Origin: Squalus acanthias
Lineage: Eukaryota
Length of the DNA: 64,000 nucleotides
Reading direction: 5' to 3'
NCBI GenBank assembly: GCA_030390025.1
Contig: CM059432.1
Span: forward strand, 23,996,001 to 24,060,000
Shown here: positions 40,977 to 50,085 of the stretch, piece by piece
Layout of the letters: the number at the start of each line of letters is the position of its first letter
Position numbering within the stretch: position 1 is the stretch's first letter
The notes under the pieces: model-generated
Databases searched by the model: none
Seen by the model: only the letters and a program-made list of their open reading frames with translations
What the model was told of the DNA's origin: nothing
Made by a program: the position numbers and the translations under genes

Positions 40977-41004
40977 AGTGAGACCTTCGCCATGTCTTCT
41001 GGAT

Positions 41005-41058
41005 AGGTTGATACCTTGGCTCTATAATATATATATTATAGAGCCAAGGTATCAACCT
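41005..41058. repeat. Perfect 54-bp palindrome
   Basis: aggttgataccttggctctataatata|tatattatagagccaaggtatcaacct. Confidence 0.95.
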
Positions 41059-41439
41059 TAGCTCGGTGGTAGCACACATTCCTCTGAGCACATAATCTTA
41101 ACTTGACACTCCACAGCAGTACTGAGGGAGTTTGCACTCTCAGAGGTGCTATCTTTCAAATGAGACAATGGGCCACAATTAGCTGTCAAAATTACGGTGA
41201 GGCTAATGGCGCTTGCAGGTATTTATGCGTAAATGGTACAGCAACTTCAGGCTCAGAGCAAATGCGCGATTAAATGTGAAAATCCAAAGTTTGTGTTCGC
41301 GTTGCAATGCACTGCCACATTCTGAAAACAGCATCTCGCTGTCTGCCTCACCACTGACATGCATTGAATGTCGTGAAGTTGCTGTATTTGCATGGTAGAT
41401 ACAAACTATACCCACCTCAGATATTTAGGGCGAGTACCT

Positions 41440-43039
41440 TGTAAGGGATTCTGACCCTGCGTGTCTCGCAGCCTGTGAGATTCACGCGGCTCTGTGCAGC
41501 CTGTATGTCAGTGCGGGTCTAGGCCTTGTTGCCTGTTCTGGTCTCCAGCCAGTCTGGGAACACTAGACACACCTGTGAGTGGTTCGAATCACTCGCCCTT
41601 ACGGTTCTAGACACTGGACTTACATGCGAGAGCAGTAATGGAGACGAAACTCATGTAGACTCGGTTGAATGGTACGAAATGGAAAATCTTTATTGCATGA
41701 TACTTAAGATTATGAAATACATGTCATAAGCACAGATTAATGACAGTACAATCTTACAAGCAGTTATATAGTCGATCTTAGGGAAACGAGGAACGAACGG
41801 CACATAGTAAATAGGAGCACACATTACAAATATCCTTAATCCTTAAACCCTCCCCTATCAATATCTATCCTAAACTAGATTCGTAGGATTTCGAGACTCA
41901 TGCTCACCACTCGTGATAACTCGGAGAAATTCCGAATAGCTGATCGGATGTTTTTCACCGCAGCACCCACGTGTCGGTCAGGAGATCTCCTGGTCCCACT
42001 TGTTTACTTGCTTCTGCTGCTCCGGCTAGCAGGCTGGAACGTCTGCTGTCATGAAGATTTGTATTGGTGGTTTTCACATTCCAGTCAATACTTAAGAAAA
42101 GAATTTTCCGGTGTCCGTTCTTTCGAAGAAGTCTTCCTGGCAAGGAAAATGTCAATTCGACCTACAGGCGCGGTCGGGGCTTACTGACTGTGGCGATAAG
42201 TATGGTCTTCGTCTCTTCCCATCTCATCTCATCTCATCTCTTCTCGGGCCTTTGGTTCCGATACCGGTTACCAATACAGGTCTTCGCGACCCGACACGAG
42301 GTAGATCCGAACGGATCACAAAGTTCAACAGTCTTTTAAAAGAGACACGAGGCAAGCAGGAACAAGACGGCGAGTCAAAAACACAGGAGCAGCCACGATG
42401 ATAAGAGAAAGATGGACGGTTTGGAGCCTGCAATTATAGTGCAAAATCTTCCGTTTCCCGCCCAACTTTAATGTCCATTCTTTTGTTTAGGGTCTGGCGC
42501 TCAAATGTCTTGTATGGGTGATCTCCGTTCTTAATGGGTTTCGGGGCTACTCGTAAATGTCTGAGTACCTGTTAATATTTCTCCCATTGTTAAATTGGTC
42601 GGTGTTCTCCCTGGGGGGGTTGTGGGGCTTCCAAGCGTTTTGTATAACTACCTGTTAACGGCTCTCTCATCGTAGAGTCGTTGGGATTTTACATATTAAT
42701 GTCTTTTGGATGGGCCCTTGATTACTCGGTACAATAGCTTTCATTTGTACCTGGGAGACCGATTTCAGTATTTATGTGTATACTGCAAACCCATAATGTC
42801 TCGTGTATTATCTTTACTGTGCTGAATCTTAATCGATCTTGCACAAATGTTTATTGGAACGCCATCTTGTCTGCCTGTTGAAAAGTCTAGAATGTTCTGT
42901 CACGAGGTGCGGCGGCCATTTTACAGGCTGCTTGTGTCCACTTTAAACCTGGCAGCATTCTGCTGAAATAAAAGCTGTTTGAACGAAACTCTGTGTTTTC
43001 TCCTTATTAATAAAATCGCGATATATTGCGAATTCTACA
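41440..43039 (-). repeat. 3' LTR (1600 bp)
   Basis: Direct repeat of 49039-49984 plus 55053-55709. Minus-strand AATAAA at 41689-41694. Confidence 0.95.
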
Positions 43040-43049
43040 GTCCCTCCTG
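43040..43049 (-). promoter_or_regulatory. Polypurine tract (short)
   Basis: Minus-strand caggagggac directly precedes the TGTAG start of the 3' LTR. Confidence 0.65.
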
Positions 43050-43489
43050 TTGATGCGAATAACTCCGCTTATCGTATCAAAAATCATAGTGGTGAGCAAT
43101 ATTATCTCGATTTCTCTCCGAATCCAGCAAATTAATCCCATAACTTTAACCTAACTAGGGTCTCTGTGTCGTCCTTATTTCCCAAGAAAATTACATTTTA
43201 TATCACCGTAGGCATTATTTGCCCTTAAACTTACACCACTTGTTTTCCTTCCCGGCGTAACCAGGCCGATGCCTCTCGTATCACCTGTATATTCATCTTT
43301 TATTCAGGGAAAGGAAAAACAAAACCCAAAACCAAACAATCATTTTTAACTGTAACATCATCACCAAAATAATCAACACCAACTCTTAAAACATGTCGAG
43401 TTCCCAACGTATTTACAATCTCTGAAAATCATGATCGAGTACAAACTTCCGCGGCGCACGTGGCGAGCGGGAGTGACGCCATTTTCCGA

Positions 43490-45816
43490 TCACACGGTGC
43501 TTTCATCGTGCACGCGCACGTAACGTTCTCGCCACTCTCCCGTGTTTTCATGCTTGGTGAGGCGCTTGTCTCTTTTACAATGTACGACCAATAGGTACAC
43601 TACAATAAACTTGGCATACGACTAAAATGTGGGAGGCTATTCTGATCCATGAAGGCACTTCAATATTAGTGAACAGATTCCACCACGGTGGAACTACTAT
43701 ATCCAGAATGTCTGTTCCTATTTCGACAGTTTTCTGTTCTAATGTGTAAAAATGTTTCTGTGACACCGCGACGGCTTTTAAAAGTTTGGTGAGGTGTTCA
43801 GGGAGAGGGGGAATGAGTTATCCGAAATGCGCGACGAATCGCTGCAAGTCGGTGAAATTCTCTTTTACTGTGAGATGAACAGTGGATGGTTCAGGGATTG
43901 GGACAATTCGCTGTTGTGCTACTTGAACTTCCGCCCTGGGTTTAAAACAGAAGCTGCTGTCACTCACCGGACACCGGCTACGGTTTCCATGCTGGTAGTG
44001 TTGCGCTGCAGTGGTAACACAATATGTTCCACCCCCGATGTATGCTACCTGCGGAGGCACATGATCTTGTGCCATTGCCTCCATGGTGCAATTCATGGAC
44101 TTGGCGCCAGTCGTTCTGAACCCGCACTGTGGTGTTAAAAAGGCATTCAAGTGCTGGGGGCACAGTATTATGTGTGCTCCCCTGCCACGACAACCAGAGA
44201 GATCTGTACCTGTCATCGTTTGCTCCCAGCGGATGACGTAAGGTGGAACCGCTGCATAGCGAATGTGGGCTCCCCCCTGAATGACACCAATGTTCTCTAC
44301 CCGATACAGCGGGGCGGGCTTTGCTGTGTCGCCCAAAACCGACATACGTAATACTATTCCCATAATAGTATGGTTTGAACGTCCGCAGTCCACGGGGACT
44401 GGGTAAGCTTCTGAAGCTAGCCTGAGCTGGCACGGACTTAATGCGTTCTGAAAAGGGTGGAGCGCCGGCAGGTGTTTGTTACTTATCGAGGACGGAACCA
44501 AACCTTGTTTTAAATCCTCCAAATTACTGCGGCCCTCGCCCAGTAACCACGCCCCGTAAAGCACGCACACCTCGTTCTGCGCAGCTTGATCGGATGCATT
44601 CCGATCTTCCCTAATCAGGGCATTTACCGTCTTTGCATGTTTCTCCAACTCTGCTATAATTTCCTTTAAATGGAGAGTCATGGCTTGGTCCTCGTGTAAA
44701 CCTGACCCTACCACTTTATTCTCATCTGTTAGAATGTCTTTTAATTGTGTCTTTAAACCATTAATCTGGGTCTGCAGCTCCACACTGTCTAGAGCGTTGA
44801 CCACAGATGTACCCGTGTTAAAAGCAGTGAACGCATCATTCACCAAACCCCTTCTTTGCCTCCCTGCTTGATTCAAAACTAACTGTGGTGCGGTGTACAA
44901 ACTTGTTTTATCAATTTCCGCGAAATCGAATTCGTAAAATTGTCTGAACATCTTGGTCAACAGGACCTGATACAACTGTTCTGTCTTTTTGGGGCACCAC
45001 TCTGGTAACCGCACCTCGGTGAGATTTAAAATCACCGAGGCCACCGCGTAATGTACCCCCTGAAATAGTATCTGGTCTGTGGGGACCAGTACCAAACCAT
45101 TCCCGGGTCCCTTACTAGTTTTAGGGCACCCTTCTTCCTCAGCTAGAACCACCGGAATCGTGGGCGGGGCTTTGCGTGGGCGCGTAATGAGCTCAGTGGC
45201 ATTTACTGGGATCGGAGAGAATGGGGCTCCGCACCCCCTGGTGCTCGCATCCCACCTCATCCCCTGTCCGTTATCCTGCCATTGATTAATGAAAAATATG
45301 GAGATGCCTTTGGGGCAAACGTACTTTGACCCCCACATACATACATAAATTCCCTCGTCCGGTTCCCACCATTTGTCCCAACAGACTTTCACTTGTCCGT
45401 TTGTCCCCGTAATTGTCCGATGGGTATTATTACCCAGTCGTTCCCACTCGACCGAAGAGTTCCTCATAGTTTTGCTCAGCTTTCGTAGCCACCACCATCG
45501 GCTCAATGGGACATTCCCACTACAAGTCAAACAAATCCGTTTGCCGACGGTGACGCTGATCCTGGGTGCGATGATCCTTACTTTGGGGCACAGTAAAGAA
45601 GTCTCTAGAATACTCCGTTGAGTTCGTTCCCAGCCATCCTGGCCACCTTCCCTTGTGGAAATAGGTGCTGGTCTCCTCTGCCTCCCGTCTTCCGGTCCCA
45701 TCCACCGCGATGGGGGCCGTGTCCCCGGAACATCCAAACACCACGACATCCTTGGTGCGGCCTCGATAGGCCAATCCACATCCGATTGCCACGAGCAATA
45801 CTAGAATTCGTTCCAT
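43490..45816 (-). pseudogene. env: Envelope glycoprotein: signal peptide, Ig-like domain, F-type class I fusion protein, TM
   Basis: Signal peptide MERILVLLVAIGCGLA from ATG 45816. Frameshift near 45586 into the 653-aa frame. Furin site RQRR (44850-44861), then GLVNDAFTAF fusion peptide, heptad repeat and Cys-rich region. In-frame TAA at 43818-43820. Second frameshift near 43610 within the TM, then KRDKR tail and TGA at 43490. Confidence 0.85.
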
Positions 45817-46104
45817 CCTTCCTTGGTTCCTGTGATCAGATAGAATGAGGTAGCCAGCCTCGCAAGAGTCTCTGGCTTTTGTGAAGGGTGAGCGGGTCCC
45901 CTGACCTCGCCTCACGTAAACTTCAACGTTCGCTGAATAAACTTCAACTAAACCTATCTTTAAAGCTCCCATCATTTTATCGTTTTCTGTTAAAAACACT
46001 TCAATCTTAACCTTATTAAAAACCTATAAACTTAACCTTGAACTATAAACTTAAAACTTAAAACTAATAACTTTACAGTGCCGCCCGTTCTCAGGGCGGC
46101 CCCT

Positions 46105-47226
46105 TTAAATTCTGAGAAGGCTGCTGCGAGCTCTTCCCGACGGTGGGAGGGCACTGACCCTTCCCTCTGATCTGCCGCAGCCTGTTGCTGCTGCGATGTG
46201 GCCGGCCTGTATCTGGGTTATCTTAACCTTAACTCTACGCCTTGGGGCAGTCTGGGGACATGACCACATCCTCCTGGGCTGGGGTTCTCTACTTGACCTA
46301 CGGGGAGTTGCTATGGGCGGGGGTTCCGTGACGGACGGACCGGGTTCCGAGACTTCCATCGGGATGACCTGGGGTTCCATCACAGTCGCTGGCTCCGCCT
46401 CCGCTGACTCCGCCTCCCTAACCTCGGGGCTTGCAGTTTGTGGCCCCGCCCTGCTTGGCCCAGCAGGCGGCCCTTCACTCGTGATCTCTGCCTCCCCCAA
46501 GGACGGGACGTTCAAAGCGGGCGGCCACATCTCTGGGAGCCACACCGGTACTCTCTGTGCTCCCATAGCGGCTGGCCCTGCCTCCCCTAGCTCCTCCCTC
46601 CTGTCTTCGGGACCTGCAGCTCGTGTGTCCACCCTGTGTGGATCTCTACCTGCAGCCCCCGTCCCCTCCATATCGTAAAAGGGACCGTTCCTGAGAAACC
46701 ACCCGTCGTCATCACTATTCTCATCTGTACTGTCCTCATCTGACCCGGGTACCCTGAATTCTTCCTCATCTAACCCCCAATTCCAGAAAAACGCTGCATG
46801 ATCGTCCGGGATGTCCCTTCCCCTGATGCAAGCTGCTATGCCTGCCTGTGTGCCTTGTGGTCCTACCTGGGGCTGTGCTTTCCCACTGGCGGGGTTTACC
46901 CCTGTAGTTTTCCCCTGCGCACCTGGCTGGTACAGTTTGCACTGGTTTGCATCCTCATACTCCCGGCTTTTGGCTACCCTGTAGGCTGCTTTTATCTCAC
47001 TAAGCTGCGCTTCTAGCCTGAGCACGTCTAACTTTCCCATTGATCGGGCGTTCTCCTCCCGCAGGGCCTGCTCTCTAAGCTGCCCTTCCAGCCCATCTAT
47101 TTTCCCTATTAAGCGGGCGTTCTCCTCCCGCAAGGCCTGCTCTTTTAACCTGGCCTCCTCACCGCAGACCCCCTCCTGTGCGTGTCTTTTAAAAGGACAC
47201 AGGTAGGCAGGCTGCGTGGGCTCTAG
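46105..47226 (-). CDS. ORF2 of the provirus: unknown coiled-coil, acidic and Pro-rich protein
   Basis: Open frame from just after the TGA at 47227-47229 to the stop at 46105. No PR, RT, RNase H or IN motifs. Start uncertain (first ATG near 47040). Confidence 0.6.
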   Translation of the reverse strand, partial: LEPTQPAYLCPFKRHAQEGVCGEEARLKEQALREENARLIGKIDGLEGQLREQALREENARSMGKLDVLRLEAQLSEIKAAYRVAKSREYEDANQCKLYQPGAQGKTTGVNPASGKAQPQVGPQGTQAGIAACIRGRDIPDDHAAFFWNWGLDEEEFRVPGSDEDSTDENSDDDGWFLRNGPFYDMEGTGAAGRDPHRVDTRAAGPEDRREELGEAGPAAMGAQRVPVWLPEMWPPALNVPSLGEAEITSEGPPAGPSRAGPQTASPEVREAESAEAEPATVMEPQVIPMEVSEPGPSVTEPPPIATPRRSSREPQPRRMWSCPQTAPRRRVKVKITQIQAGHIAAATGCGRSEGRVSALPPSGRARSSLLRI

Positions 47227-47258
47227 TCATTGGGTACTATTAGACGGTCCTGCGGCAC

Positions 47259-49034
47259 CTACCCGGTTGCGACCGCCACCTGTCCACGTGCACTCAAGAT
47301 TAGATTGCGCATGGCTCCTAACACTACTTCGATGTCGTCGGGAGGGGTGGGTGCCTTAGCTTCCTTAGCCGGGACAGGCGCCTGGGCTCGGACCGCGGGA
47401 TTTTTATCCTTGGAATCCTTCCAAGGGTTCCTGCAATGCTTGCGCCAGTGCCCTGTCTTCCCACACCCGTAACAAGCATTACCTGCCTGTGGGGCGCGAT
47501 TACCCTCCTGATGCCACTCTCTTTGATACGGGGCTGCGGGTCGTACCTCATGTACTCTTCCCTTAAGGGGACGTGTTGCCATACCCCTTATATTGCGATA
47601 TCCTAACGTGAGTCGATTCAAGACCGACTCTTCCGTAATGTTGGGGTCATTGGGATCAAACCATGCTTTTGCCTGCTCTCTGACGGCTGGTAAACTGTTG
47701 GCTATTATGCACCTAAGCCAATGAGTTAAAGCTAAGCCTTCCACATCTTCGCGCTCGGGCGCACCTAGACAGCTGCGCTCATATACTGGCCACAGCCTGT
47801 CGGCAAAAACCTTCGGGGGTTCTCCCTCCATCTGCACTGTCTGTCCCACTCTAGCAAACGGACCTTCATCGTTCGCCCCCAACACTTCCAGGACCTCATT
47901 CTTTAATTCCTCATAACTCTTGGTTCCCCTCTTGCTCTCGCCTGAGAGACACTGAAGAACCGAGCTGTCTAGTGAGAACAGCAGCATTTTTGCTGTCTCC
48001 CCATCATCGCAGCCGTTAATGGCTGCGGCTTGCTCAACTTCTCTGAAATGTACGGAAGGGTCGTCTGACTCAGTCAGCTTCCGTACGTGATTTATCATAG
48101 CTCGCAGCTGATGTGAGCTGTGAGGCAACACCAGCTGTCCGAGGAGATCCCCCGGTTCTTCCCCACCGTTTCTGCTTGGGCCCCTTTTAATACCCGTTAC
48201 TGGATACAACGGTCCCTTTCCTACTTCTTTTTCAATGGGCTCTTTCGTTTCTTCCATTGCTTCCTCCCTTACCCAGGTTTCCGAATAGCTGGGTGGCGCG
48301 GAGGGCGCAGTGGCTACTACTTCTTCTGCTTTACTTGGTGGGGATTTCTTAAACTTCTCACTTGCTAGCGGCTGGTGTGCTGACGGACTGATCAGGCACA
48401 CCATGCCGTTCGCTTTGTTTACGGCCTTCTTGAGGTGCTCTATCTCCCTTTGGCAGGCACTATGGTCGGCTCCCTCAAACTTATCCTCAAGGGCCAACTT
48501 ATATGCCGCCCTAACCCCCGTTAAGCTCTCTTCTTGAGTTCTTATCTGGGCAGCTTGGCGGTTACATCTTTCCTTTAACCTGCTCTCATTTAACTTTGCC
48601 TCAGTGACCTGGCACTCGAGGTAATCTATCCTTGTTTTATGGTGACTGGAGATTTCCTGGCGTTCTTGGTGCAACGCACTTAAATTCCTAATGAGCAACT
48701 CCCCTCCAGAGACCTTCTCATCCATTTCCTCCTCTAAATGCCTGATCCGAGCTGTTTGCGCTGTAATGACTTGGTTTGAAATCTGGACCTGCCTTTTGTA
48801 ACACATTAACCAGACTGCTTTCTCAAGTGTCTTTCTATGTTCTTTACTATCTGTCCACCTTTCGGCTGCCTCTAGTGGACTCTTATCCGCTAACAATTCA
48901 CTTATCCATTTCTTAGTTAGATTAACCTTTCCGAACACATAATCTGCTATCTTTTCCTGCATAACATTTCGTACAGTCATTCCAAAGTCTAACACACTAC
49001 CCTCTCGCTGCCAGTGTCCTGCCGCGGTCGCCAT
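47259..49034 (-). CDS. gag: Gag polyprotein (591 aa)
   Basis: N-terminal coiled coil, PSAPPSY late-domain motif (48285-48305), helical capsid-like region and CCHC knuckle CYGCGKTGHWRKHC (47433-47474). Confidence 0.9.
   Translation of the reverse strand: MATAAGHWQREGSVLDFGMTVRNVMQEKIADYVFGKVNLTKKWISELLADKSPLEAAERWTDSKEHRKTLEKAVWLMCYKRQVQISNQVITAQTARIRHLEEEMDEKVSGGELLIRNLSALHQERQEISSHHKTRIDYLECQVTEAKLNESRLKERCNRQAAQIRTQEESLTGVRAAYKLALEDKFEGADHSACQREIEHLKKAVNKANGMVCLISPSAHQPLASEKFKKSPPSKAEEVVATAPSAPPSYSETWVREEAMEETKEPIEKEVGKGPLYPVTGIKRGPSRNGGEEPGDLLGQLVLPHSSHQLRAMINHVRKLTESDDPSVHFREVEQAAAINGCDDGETAKMLLFSLDSSVLQCLSGESKRGTKSYEELKNEVLEVLGANDEGPFARVGQTVQMEGEPPKVFADRLWPVYERSCLGAPEREDVEGLALTHWLRCIIANSLPAVREQAKAWFDPNDPNITEESVLNRLTLGYRNIRGMATRPLKGRVHEVRPAAPYQREWHQEGNRAPQAGNACYGCGKTGHWRKHCRNPWKDSKDKNPAVRAQAPVPAKEAKAPTPPDDIEVVLGAMRNLILSARGQVAVATG
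49016..49033 (-). promoter_or_regulatory. Primer-binding site for tRNA-Arg(TCG)
   Basis: TGGCGACCGCGGCAGGAC, after a 5-nt spacer following the 5' LTR, is complementary to the 3' 18 nt (GTCCTGCCGCGGTCG-CCA) of vertebrate tRNA-Arg-TCG as I recall it. Confidence 0.85.
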
Positions 49035-50085
49035 TTTCTGTAAGGGATTCTGACCCTGCGTGTCTCGCAGCCTGTGAGATTCACGCGGCTCTGTGCAGCC
49101 TGTATGTCAGTGCGGGTCTAGGCCTTGTTGCCTGTTCTGGTCTCCAGCCAGTCTGGGAACACTAGACACACCTGTGAGTGGTTCGAATCACTCGCCCTTA
49201 CGGTTCTAGACACTGGACTTAGATGCGAGAGCAGTAATGGAGATGAAACTCATGTAGACTCGGTTGAATGGTACGAAATGGAAAATCTTTATTGCATGAT
49301 ACTTAAGATTATGAAATACATGTCATAAGCACAGATTAATGACAGTACAATCTTACAAGCAGTTATATAGTCGATCTTAGGGAAACGAGGAACGAACGGC
49401 ACATAGTAAATAGGAGCACACATTACAAATATCCTTAATCCTTAAACCCTCCCCTATCAATATCTATCCTAAACTAGATTCGTAGGATTTCGAGACTCAT
49501 GCTCACCACTCGTGATAACTCGGAGAAATTCCGAATAGCTGATCGGATGTTTTTCACCGCAGCACCCACGTGTCGGTCAGGAGATCTCCTGGTCCCACTT
49601 GTTTACTTGCTTCTGCTGCTCCGGCTAGCAGGCTGGAACGTCTGCTGTCATGAAGATCTGTATTGGTGGTTTTCACATTCCAGTCAATACTTAAGAAAAG
49701 AATTTTCCGGTGTCCGTTCTTTCGAAGAAGTCTTCCTGGCAAGGAAAATGTCAATTCGACCTACAGGCGTGGTCGGGGCTTACTGACCGTGGCGATAAGT
49801 ATGGTCTTCGTCTCTTCCCATCTCATCTCATCTCATCTCTTCTCGGGCCTTTGGTTCCGATACCGGTTACCAATACAGGTCTTCGCGACCCGACACGAGG
49901 TAGATCCGAACGGATCACAAAGTTCAACAGTCTTTTAAAAGAGACACGAGGCAAGCAGGAACAAGACGGCGAGTCAAAAACACATACATAGATACATAGA
50001 TACATAGAAGATAGGAGCAGGAGTAGGCCATCCGGCCCTTCGAGCCTGCTCCGCCATTTAATGAGATCATGGCTGATCCTCCAAT

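Noticed and set aside
41526..42433. Short ORFs within the LTRs as accessory genes
   Set aside because: They are duplicated only because the LTRs are, have no recognisable motifs, and show no clearly conserved frame in the sister solo LTR.
43818..45779. The 653-aa ORF as the complete Env
   Set aside because: It lacks a signal peptide and TM; both lie in adjacent frames, and its first ~64 residues are probably off-frame.
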